Shown: positions 8,225-16,580 of the stretch, in pieces | How the letters are laid out: the number at the start of each line of letters is the position of its first letter | Numbering within the stretch: position 1 is the first letter of the stretch | Position numbers and translations under genes: made by a program | The notes under the pieces: model-generated | Database searches by the model: none | The model's input: only the letters and a program-made list of their open reading frames with translations | Told to the model about the DNA's origin: nothing | Assembly: GCA_025358765.1 (NCBI GenBank) | Contig: JANYIG010000165.1 | Coordinates: 6,024-70,023, forward strand | Direction of reading: 5' to 3' | Source: Candidatus Kapaibacterium sp. | GTDB lineage: Bacteria; Bacteroidota; Ignavibacteria; Kapaibacteriales; UBA4661 | Length of the DNA: 64,000 bases

Positions 8225-10231
8225 TTATGATTCGATGGTTGTAGTATCGTCAGAGGCGTTATTGAAGGTTTTTTCAGATTCTTGGATTTCCTCGGATTCA
8301 TTAACCGTTTCGCCGTCAAAGTATGCACGGAGCCTCTGTGCTGCCTTTATGCCAATAGCATTCTCGATAGCCTCGTGGGAAGCCGTTTTTACGCCTTCAA
8401 CCGAACCGAACGTGATGAGTAACTTTTGTGCGGTTTTGTCGCCGATTCCTGCAATGCCCGTTAGTTCCGTTTGAAGCGTGCGTTTGTCGCGCAGCAAACG
8501 GTGGAACTCAATCGCAAAGCGGTGTGCCTCGTCGCGGGCTTGTTGAATAAGTTTCAGGCTGCTGGAGGTTTTGGGCAGCAAAATAGAATCGGATTGTCCG
8601 GGAACGAATACTTCTTCTAACCGCTTTGCCAAGCCAATCGTGGGGATGTGTCCGTTTGCGGCTTCTTCGCCAAATGCGCCATCATGTAGCCCTAAGCCGC
8701 GCAAAATCTCGACCGCGTGGGAAAGCTGTCCTTTTCCGCCGTCTATCACGATTAAGTCTGGTCGCGCTGAGTTTTCTTCCAACATCCGCTTGTAGCGCCG
8801 CCCGACGACCTCTTGCATGGATTTAAAGTCGTCAATGCCTTCCACCGTCCTGATTTTATATTTACGATATTCCGATTTTTTCGCTTTGCCATCCACAAAC
8901 ACTACCATCGAAGAAACCGTTTCGCTGCCTTGAAAGTGCGAGTTATCGAAACAATCAATCCGGCGTGGTGGGTGCTTCAAACGCAAATCGCGCTGCAACG
9001 CCAGCACCGAACGCGGTAGAATGGAGCCTTTATCTTCCTCGCGCTTCAAACGCTGGAGTTCAAGTTCTCGCAACAAAAATTCCGCATTCGCCGCCGCCAT
9101 GTTCACAAGTTTACGTTTGTCGCCAATCTGCGGCACGGAGATTTCAATTTTGCTCCCACGTTTGTCGCGGAGCCATGTTTCAAGGATTTCCCGTTGTTCG
9201 AGTTCCACCGGCAGGAAAATTTCGTCCGGCACATCGTCGCTTTCAATGTAAAATCGCTCGAACGTAGCTTGCAATAACTCTTCGGTGGTTTTACCTTCGG
9301 AATTTGCTATGTAAAAATGTTGCCGCCCGATGAGCTTGCCGTCACGCACTTTGAAAATCACCGAACACGCATCCCGCTCGCTTTGGGCAACCGCCATGAT
9401 GTCGCGATCTATCAATTCCGTCGTGACCACTTTTTGTTTGTCGGAATATTCACGGAGCGATTGCAATCGGTTCCGCAACCGCAAGGCTTCCTCAAAGCGT
9501 AATTCCTCCGATGCACGCTCCATATCGAGCTTAATTTCTTGCTCCACCGAGCGCGTTTTGCCCTTCAAAATCTGCATAGCTTGTTTTATCATCGTTCCGT
9601 AGTGTTCCCGCGAAACAAAACCTTCACACGGACCTTCACATTTTTTGATGTGATAATCAAGGCAGACTTTGTGCTTACCTTTTTGGATGGAATCGTCCGT
9701 CAAATCAAGGCTGCACGAGCGAATCGGAAAAATCGAGCGCAATGTGTCGAGCATGGCATACATATACCTTGGTTCGCCGTAGGGACCGAAATATTTGCTC
9801 CCGTCGCGGATGATTTTGCGTGTAGCAAAGATGCGCGGATACGGCTCGTTCGTAACGCGGATGTACGGATATGACTTATCGTCCTTGAGCAAAATATTAT
9901 AGCGTGGCTTGTGCTCTTTGATGAGCGTATTTTCGAGGATGAGCGCCTCGACTTCCGAATCGGTGATGATAAACTCAAAATCCACAATTTTTTGCACCAG
10001 CACTTTCGTCTTCGCATCCATCGGGCGACCCGCTTGAAAATAGCTACGGACGCGGTTGCGAAGGTTTTTTGCTTTGCCGACGTAGATAATTGTTCCGTCG
10101 GCACTTTTGTGCAAATACACGCCCGGATTTTTCGGCAGGTTATGCAGCTTCTCCGCCAGCGTCGCACTTGGGATAAGGAGTTCTTCCTGTTCCGAAGCCA
10201 TTTCATGGTTTGGTTGTGCTTGGTCTTGCAT
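8225..10231 (-). CDS. uvrC: Excinuclease ABC subunit C
   Basis: GIY-YIG domain (PGVY...IYVGKAKNLRNRVRSYF), RNaseH-like DCFDNSH and DGGKGQ, RDEAHRFA, and C-terminal HhH. Confidence 0.97.
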   Translation of the reverse strand: MQDQAQPNHEMASEQEELLIPSATLAEKLHNLPKNPGVYLHKSADGTIIYVGKAKNLRNRVRSYFQAGRPMDAKTKVLVQKIVDFEFIITDSEVEALILENTLIKEHKPRYNILLKDDKSYPYIRVTNEPYPRIFATRKIIRDGSKYFGPYGEPRYMYAMLDTLRSIFPIRSCSLDLTDDSIQKGKHKVCLDYHIKKCEGPCEGFVSREHYGTMIKQAMQILKGKTRSVEQEIKLDMERASEELRFEEALRLRNRLQSLREYSDKQKVVTTELIDRDIMAVAQSERDACSVIFKVRDGKLIGRQHFYIANSEGKTTEELLQATFERFYIESDDVPDEIFLPVELEQREILETWLRDKRGSKIEISVPQIGDKRKLVNMAAANAEFLLRELELQRLKREEDKGSILPRSVLALQRDLRLKHPPRRIDCFDNSHFQGSETVSSMVVFVDGKAKKSEYRKYKIRTVEGIDDFKSMQEVVGRRYKRMLEENSARPDLIVIDGGKGQLSHAVEILRGLGLHDGAFGEEAANGHIPTIGLAKRLEEVFVPGQSDSILLPKTSSSLKLIQQARDEAHRFAIEFHRLLRDKRTLQTELTGIAGIGDKTAQKLLITFGSVEGVKTASHEAIENAIGIKAAQRLRAYFDGETVNESEEIQESEKTFNNASDDTTTIES

Positions 10232-10367
10232 GGTCAATTGTCCCGATTATCCATAATCAATTCGAGAAACGTGCAACTTTCGCAGGAAATTTTCGTTGTA
10301 ATTTGATAGGTTCTCGTGTAAATTCGAGACGTTACAATGTACTCATATTGTTTTTGGAGCTATCATC

Positions 10368-10580
10368 ATGGAATTTCTAAAGAAAATCGCCCTCTTTGGC
10401 GGGGCAATCGTCTTGGGCTATATTATGCTCAAACTTGTATTTGGTGTGTTAGGATTTGCATTTTCGATGCTGTGGATGGCAATTACCTTGCTGCCGCTTA
10501 TCATCATCGCTATCCCGATTTACCTGTATCTCAAGCGCAAACTACTCCCAAATCACGACGACCCATATCGTTTGCGCTAA
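10368..10580 (+). CDS. Small two-helix membrane protein
   Basis: 70-aa hydrophobic ORF that resembles the next ORF. Confidence 0.7.
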   Translation: MEFLKKIALFGGAIVLGYIMLKLVFGVLGFAFSMLWMAITLLPLIIIAIPIYLYLKRKLLPNHDDPYRLR

Positions 10581-10676
10581 TTCGTTTGGGTAAAATATCT
10601 TTCGTATTTGCTCGTTTGTGCATATCACATTGAATTCACTTTTGCGGAACTGATTGCTGAACACATTTCTGAACTC

Positions 10677-10880
10677 ATGGATATTCTCAAAAAACTTGCC
10701 GTCGGCGTAATATCACTCGCCGGCGGTTTTTGCATTATGTTCGCACTCTGGGCGTTGATGACGGGGCGCACCATTCAGATCGATCTCACCGACATTTCGG
10801 TTATCGCTTTTTGGCTGTTTTTCTCGCTGCCAGTCTATGCCTTTTTGAACAAAAAACTACTCTCCAAACGCAGGCGGTAG
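10677..10880 (+). CDS. Small two-helix membrane protein, probable paralog of 10368-10580
   Basis: MDILKKLA...PVYAFLNKKLL matches MEFLKKIA...PIYLYLKRKLL. ATG 10677 chosen on that alignment. Confidence 0.65.
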   Translation: MDILKKLAVGVISLAGGFCIMFALWALMTGRTIQIDLTDISVIAFWLFFSLPVYAFLNKKLLSKRRR

Positions 10881-10914
10881 CGATATTTTCGGAGTCTCGG
10901 GGCAAGTTCTCGCA

Positions 10915-12129
10915 TTACGATTTTTCCTTGAACTCCGCCGCTAATACTTGTACGCACATCACACGGAAGGTCTTGTGCGAACCGAATGCCACGCCCACAA
11001 GGTTATACGCCGGATTCAAGATATTTTTGCGGTGTTCCCTGCCAAGCATGCCATCGTCTATCAAAAGTTGCATTACGATGTCGCGGGCATTATCCGGTCC
11101 GTAGCTGCAATTTTCGCCCATGATGCCCCGGGAGCGTTGCCCAAAGCGCTTTGCTCGCTCGCTCGGTGTGCTTCGGTCTGAGCCGATGTGACCAATCAAA
11201 CCCTTCGCACCGCTATCATCCACGTGTACACGGGCAGCCTTCGAGAGTCCGAGTGAACTCTGGAGCGGGACAAGTTGTGGTGTAGTGGCGAGTGCACGAA
11301 TGGCATCATCCATCGCTTTTACGCCTTCTTTTGTTTTGAGGGGAATTCTGCCCGGAAACTGGAAAAGTTTTCCTTTGAAATACCGACGATATTCTTGCAA
11401 CCTCTTGGCATATTCTTGCGGCTTCGTGCGAACGATATTCAACTCATCTACCACAGCGCGTTCAAGAACCGACAAATACGGGGCATCGTTATTCAGTGTT
11501 GCTTGTGCAGCAAGGATTTGTGCTTTTTTGATGTCCTCTGCTGTCACGGTTAATGAGGTTGCTGGAAGTATTTTCCCTTCTGGAATCATCAATACGAACT
11601 GCTCCAGCGTACTTGCTGCCTCATCTTTCGGCAGTTCTTTTGGAAATAAGCGGTATGTCCCAAATTCTTCAATGCTCAGATACAACCCCTTTGCCGTGCG
11701 GAGCGTGTATTTTCCTGCGCCTTTAAGTTCAAACACTTCCGCTGCACCGAGCGTATCACTCATGCCAAGGGCAATGGAGCCGGCAAATCCTTCGCGTACT
11801 CCCAAGTACCTGCCATTACTGGCTTTGAGAGCAATGCGGTGGATAGTGGAATCACCTTCGCCTAATAATGCCAATTCAAATACTTCTTGCTCAGTGGCGC
11901 TGGTACGATTAGCGCTGAATGCTGTGTTGCCGTGGATATCGCGCCCGCCGGAAATATATTTTCCATTGCTGCCCATTATGGCTACTTTGCGGAAGGCGAG
12001 GGGTTGCAAACCTTGAGGTGCTGGAGATGAAGATACGTTTGCATGACAATACTGCATACTCAATAGTGTGCTTATCAGGCAAATACAAACAATCAGCGAC
12101 CGATAACAAATCAACATCATAATTCGCAT
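10915..12129 (-). CDS. Secreted fascin-like + CAP (SCP) domain protein
   Basis: Signal peptide, fascin-like repeats (IALKASNGRYL, EVFEL), and a CAP domain (ELNIVR...HIGSD...GENC...HRKNILNP). Confidence 0.8.
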   Translation of the reverse strand: MRIMMLICYRSLIVCICLISTLLSMQYCHANVSSSPAPQGLQPLAFRKVAIMGSNGKYISGGRDIHGNTAFSANRTSATEQEVFELALLGEGDSTIHRIALKASNGRYLGVREGFAGSIALGMSDTLGAAEVFELKGAGKYTLRTAKGLYLSIEEFGTYRLFPKELPKDEAASTLEQFVLMIPEGKILPATSLTVTAEDIKKAQILAAQATLNNDAPYLSVLERAVVDELNIVRTKPQEYAKRLQEYRRYFKGKLFQFPGRIPLKTKEGVKAMDDAIRALATTPQLVPLQSSLGLSKAARVHVDDSGAKGLIGHIGSDRSTPSERAKRFGQRSRGIMGENCSYGPDNARDIVMQLLIDDGMLGREHRKNILNPAYNLVGVAFGSHKTFRVMCVQVLAAEFKEKS

Positions 12130-12143
12130 GGCTTGGGTGGTGG

Positions 12144-13256
12144 TTACAATGTGAGGATAAAAAGATAATCATAGTGAATAAGCGGTTTCTGGTTTTTCAT
12201 GCCGATAAGATTTTGTGCGCGTTCCGAGCCGTATTGCGCCACGCCAAAGCCAAGCGTGTTTCCATTTGTATTTTTTGCGTCTTCGCGGGCAATTTTCACA
12301 ATATCGCCTTTTACGAAATCGCCTTCAATGCGTGTGATACCAACCGGAAGCAAGCTGGAAGCCTTCTCCGGCGATAGAAGTTTTTCGGCAGCGCCTGCAT
12401 TCACGTACACCGTACCTTTTTCGTAGCCGTGTGCGTTCGCAATCCAACGTTTGACGCTCGAAGCATTGTTGGTCGGCAGGAACGTTGTTCCAAGCGACTT
12501 TCCGGCGACGATGTCCGTAATGGTGCTTGGGTTCTTGCCGTTGGCAATGTGTACGGTGATGCCGATGCTGGCAAGTTTTTGCGCGATGCTGGATTTTGTC
12601 AGCATTCCACCACGCCCGAACGATGATTTTTCTGCCGATACTGCCGTGCTAAGATTGAGCTTCGCTGCGGTTGCGGAGGCATCAATGATAGGAATAAGTT
12701 TGGCGGCGGGATTCGAGGGTGGGGCATCGAAAATTCCATCCACATTCGTGAGCAGCAACAGCGCATCGGCGCTCATCATCGAGGCAATTAAGCCCGCCAA
12801 TTCATCGTTGTCGGTGAACATCAGTTCGGTGACCGAAACAACATCGTTTTCGTTGACAACGGGTACAATACCACTTTGCAGCAATGCCGAAAAGCAGTTT
12901 TTCATGTTCAGATAGTGTTTGCGGTCACGGAAATCCTCCTTTGTGGCAAGTACCTGAGCGCAAACAAGGCGATGTTCACCAAAAAATTCACGATACGCAT
13001 GGAAAAGCTGAATCTGACCAACCGCCGCCCAAACTTGCCGTGCCGAAACAGCATCAACTTTGTCCGAGAGTTGTACCTGCGCCCTGCCCGCACCCACAGC
13101 ACCGGAAGAAACGGCAATCACGTCCACGCCTTGTGTGCGGAGCGTGGCAATTTGTTGTACCAAATTTTGCATCACCGCAGCATCAAGCATCCTATCGTTG
13201 CCCGTAATGACATTCGTGCCGACTTTAACAACAATTCGTTTATATACAAGTTCCAT
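12144..13256 (-). CDS. proB: Glutamate 5-kinase
   Basis: RIVVKVGTN, VSSGAV, VNEND, DNDELAG and GGMLTK motifs plus a C-terminal PUA domain. Start set at ATG 13256. Confidence 0.95.
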   Translation of the reverse strand: MELVYKRIVVKVGTNVITGNDRMLDAAVMQNLVQQIATLRTQGVDVIAVSSGAVGAGRAQVQLSDKVDAVSARQVWAAVGQIQLFHAYREFFGEHRLVCAQVLATKEDFRDRKHYLNMKNCFSALLQSGIVPVVNENDVVSVTELMFTDNDELAGLIASMMSADALLLLTNVDGIFDAPPSNPAAKLIPIIDASATAAKLNLSTAVSAEKSSFGRGGMLTKSSIAQKLASIGITVHIANGKNPSTITDIVAGKSLGTTFLPTNNASSVKRWIANAHGYEKGTVYVNAGAAEKLLSPEKASSLLPVGITRIEGDFVKGDIVKIAREDAKNTNGNTLGFGVAQYGSERAQNLIGMKNQKPLIHYDYLFILTL

Positions 13257-13499
13257 CGAAAAAATGCTTTTGGTTGCTTGATTTTCTATTATTTCACGCC
13301 TCATACCTCGCGCCATCAAACCTCTACACTCCAAAACATTCACAAAGTTACAAAACATCACGGTTATACGTGTGGCTTTTTGCGGACAATGGCGCGGTCG
13401 CGTAAATTCGCAAGAAATTCAGTATATTGCACACCGTAGCTCTATCACTACTCATTCGTTTCCGTTTTGCTTTTACGGTAGTCGGGAATATAGCACTTT

Positions 13500-15710
13500 A
13501 TGCGTATCACCGTGATATTCGGACATATTATTACGATTACCGCTGCATTTTGGGTAATACTCCATACCGTTCCGGTCTATGCACAGACGAATCGGGTAGA
13601 TAGCCTTCATGCTTTATTACGAGCCGCACAGAACGCCACACAAAATACGTTGCAAGATTCCGTTGTTGTTACCATTCTCAATGACCTTGCCTTCGATTAC
13701 CGTTATCGTGCGCCGGATTCCATCCTTGCCTACGCGCAGCAAGCAGGCGAATTGGCAGAGCGTATTGGTTACAGCAAAGGATTGGCAAGGGCTTTGACGC
13801 TTGTTGGTTATGCTTACAACCAACAGGGCAGATATGATCTTTCGTTTGAGCGCTACTCATCGGCGCTGCAGATTTCGACCGAACTGGCGGACAAAAACGG
13901 TATTGCGAGCGCACAAAATTTTATTGGGAATCTTCACAAACGGCTTGGAAAGTATAATGATGCTTTAGAAGCCTATTTCAAGGCATTACAGATTTGCGAG
14001 CAGCTTGGACAACGTAATCGGTATGCGTTGGCATTAAGCAATATCGGTGAAATCTATGACTTACAAGGCAAGTACGACAATGCGCTGGATGCATTGTTTC
14101 GGGCATTGAATATTTTCCAGCAAACGGGTCATAACGACATAATACTTGTGCTTCATGGACTTGGGCAAGTCTATCAGCATCAAGGCAAGTACGACCAAGC
14201 ATTAGAGTATTACTTCAAAACGGTGGAAGCAAAAGGGAAAACTGAATACAGGCGATATATTGCTGCCGCACTCTACAATATTGGCTATATTTATGCAAAA
14301 CGAGGAAAATTCGACTCCGCAATCGAATACGCACGGAATGGCTTGAAAGCCGCTCAGGAATTAGGTTCGCAGTATGAACTTTACAATGCGTACAAAGCGC
14401 TTGCCGATACATACACCGAACTTCATAAATCTGCCGAAGCGCTGCAATATTACCGCCGCTACAGCGAACTCAAAGATTCGCTCCTCTCCGACCAACAGCA
14501 AAGCAATATCGCGCATTTGCAGGAAAAAGTAGCAACTGCTACCAACGAAAAGGAAATTCAACTTCTCAAACGTGACCGCGAAGTGCAAGCGGTCGTGCGA
14601 AATTCTTTCATTGCCGGATTTGTGCTTGTATCGGCAGTGGCGTTGCTGGCGTTCAATCGGTATCGCCTGAAACGCCGTTCTGAGGCGCTTTTGCAACAAC
14701 AAAACAATGAAATCAAACAACAGCGCGACAAACTCGAAGAGCAATCAACAGCAATCGCCTCTGCCAATGATGAATTGCAATACGCCAACCATGCGCTCTA
14801 CATCAAGAATAACGAACTTGCTCAATCCGTAACGCAGATTCAGACGCTCAATAACGTTCTGGCAAAGACGAACCGCCGATTAAACGAAATCAATAGCGAA
14901 AAAAATGAACTGCTTGGTATTGTGGCGCACGACCTGAAAAATCCACTTTCGTCGGTAATTTTCAGCACGGAAATGATTCGCACCTACGGCGAAAAAATGT
15001 CCCAAGAAGAGCGCGAGCATCGCTACCGAACAATTGTAACGACGGCACAGCGCATGAATCGTATTGTTACAAATTTGTTGGACATGAATGCTATTGAGTC
15101 TGGAGCCGTGAAATTCTCGATAGAACCCTTTGATATTTGCGAAGTGACGCAAGCAGTCGTCCTCGAATACGCCGAGCGTGCCGCCACCAAAAACATTCGC
15201 ATCTTTTGCGAACAGCCGTCACACGCAGTGTTGGTAACAGCAGACAAAAATTTTACGCGGGAAATTTTGGATAATCTTGTCTCCAATGCCGTTAAATATT
15301 CGCCCCTGAGTACGAGCATTTGGCTACGAGTTACAGAGCCGATGGCGGAAACGTTGGTTGGGCAGACGAGTCAACAGAAAGTGCAGCCGACGGGTGGTAA
15401 TGGTTTATTCACAAGAAAAAACGACGCACCAATGACACGTATTGAAGTGCAAGACGAAGGACCGGGCATTTCTCACGATGATCAGAAAAAACTTTTCAAT
15501 AAATTCGCACGGTTATCTGCAAAACCCACCGGCGGCGAGGATTCAACAGGTTTAGGGCTTTCGATTGTGAAAAAACTTACGGAATCCATGCACGGCAAGG
15601 TTTGGTGCGAAAGCAACCCAGAAAGTGGCAGCCTTGGTGCGACCTTTATTGTGAATCTGCCTGCACATATCCAGATGGAAAATAGCCTCACTTCGGTACA
15701 TTCGGATTGA
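13500..15710 (+). CDS. TPR-repeat membrane sensor histidine kinase
   Basis: Periplasmic TPRs, a TM helix, coiled coil, H-box AHDLKNPL, N-box NAVKYS, and G-boxes DEGPG and GLGLSIVK. Confidence 0.93.
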   Translation: MRITVIFGHIITITAAFWVILHTVPVYAQTNRVDSLHALLRAAQNATQNTLQDSVVVTILNDLAFDYRYRAPDSILAYAQQAGELAERIGYSKGLARALTLVGYAYNQQGRYDLSFERYSSALQISTELADKNGIASAQNFIGNLHKRLGKYNDALEAYFKALQICEQLGQRNRYALALSNIGEIYDLQGKYDNALDALFRALNIFQQTGHNDIILVLHGLGQVYQHQGKYDQALEYYFKTVEAKGKTEYRRYIAAALYNIGYIYAKRGKFDSAIEYARNGLKAAQELGSQYELYNAYKALADTYTELHKSAEALQYYRRYSELKDSLLSDQQQSNIAHLQEKVATATNEKEIQLLKRDREVQAVVRNSFIAGFVLVSAVALLAFNRYRLKRRSEALLQQQNNEIKQQRDKLEEQSTAIASANDELQYANHALYIKNNELAQSVTQIQTLNNVLAKTNRRLNEINSEKNELLGIVAHDLKNPLSSVIFSTEMIRTYGEKMSQEEREHRYRTIVTTAQRMNRIVTNLLDMNAIESGAVKFSIEPFDICEVTQAVVLEYAERAATKNIRIFCEQPSHAVLVTADKNFTREILDNLVSNAVKYSPLSTSIWLRVTEPMAETLVGQTSQQKVQPTGGNGLFTRKNDAPMTRIEVQDEGPGISHDDQKKLFNKFARLSAKPTGGEDSTGLGLSIVKKLTESMHGKVWCESNPESGSLGATFIVNLPAHIQMENSLTSVHSD

Positions 15711-15749
15711 CTTTGCATCGTGACCTTGATGCTGGTTTGGAAAATTTAA

Positions 15750-16241
15750 TTAGAGGATTGCAAGAGTGACCCGCGCAAATGGTGCAGAGTCAAGCGCATT
15801 GAGAATGGCGCTATGAAATACGATTGTCGCCTCGCGATGGGAAGGCAGCACGAGCATCGCTAATGTCTGCTCAAGCCCAAGCCACTGGTATTCGCTATGT
15901 TCCTCTGAAAGCTGTACCAAATCGCCAGCGTTATCACAATCATCTTCCGTCAACACCGCTCCAAAACACGGCACCAGAACCACTGCATTCCGTACCACGC
16001 TGAAAAAACTTCCTACGTAGGGCAGCACCCAAAGCTCTTGCGGCTGAATGCCTGTTTCTTCGTGGATTTCACGAAATGCCGTTTGCACGGCTGTTTCTCC
16101 CTCATCAACTCTGCCCGTGACGGGTTGCCAAAGGTTTGGATAGATGGATTCGCTGGGCGCACGACGGAGGCAAAGAAAAAGCCAATCGCCATCTTGATTG
16201 CGACGCACAATGTGCGCCTGAATCATTGTTGGAGTGTTCAT
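15750..16241 (-). CDS. NUDIX hydrolase (NudB-like)
   Basis: WQPVTG, Nudix box GRVDEGETAVQTAFREIHEETG, and LSEEH. Confidence 0.9.
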   Translation of the reverse strand: MNTPTMIQAHIVRRNQDGDWLFLCLRRAPSESIYPNLWQPVTGRVDEGETAVQTAFREIHEETGIQPQELWVLPYVGSFFSVVRNAVVLVPCFGAVLTEDDCDNAGDLVQLSEEHSEYQWLGLEQTLAMLVLPSHREATIVFHSAILNALDSAPFARVTLAIL

Positions 16242-16333
16242 AGAACCAGTGCGAACAGAAGATGTGCGATACGATGATTTGTGTGACGCTGCGGGTTTTG
16301 AAGCCTTTTCATCAGCGATTGCGAGATTTTTCG

Positions 16334-16341
16334 TACATTTG
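16334..16341 (+). promoter_or_regulatory. Bacteroidota-type -7 promoter box upstream of pcrA
   Basis: TACATTTG matches TAnnTTTG. Confidence 0.5.
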
Positions 16342-16367
16342 CAGTTCGCTTAAAGCAGTTTGCTTAA

Positions 16368-16527
16368 TTGAAGTTTAGATAAATTCCTGAAAACCGCATC
16401 AAACCTTACGCGCAAGAACCCCACTCAATCTCCCCTTATCAGGGGAGAAGCAAGACGCAACACGTCTTCGTGGCGGCTTGCAGAGGGATGATGCGCTTGA
16501 GGGTAGCCAAGGTTATCTAAACTTAAA
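16368..16527 (+). mobile_element. 160-bp MITE-like element, family B, copy 1
   Basis: 15-bp TIR TTGAAGTTTAGATAA / TTATCTAAACTTAAA (1 mismatch) with flanking CTTAA direct repeat. A near-identical inverted copy is at 58414-58573. Confidence 0.85.
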
Positions 16528-16580
16528 CTTAAAGCAGTTCGCTTAAAAATACGTAAAAAACTTCTGATGGACGAATCCCC

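Noticed and set aside
11285..12016. Long antisense ORFs (also 45324-46085, 46705-47388, 23539-24249, 32283-32882)
   Set aside because: They are shadows of well-supported genes on the opposite strand with no independent motifs.
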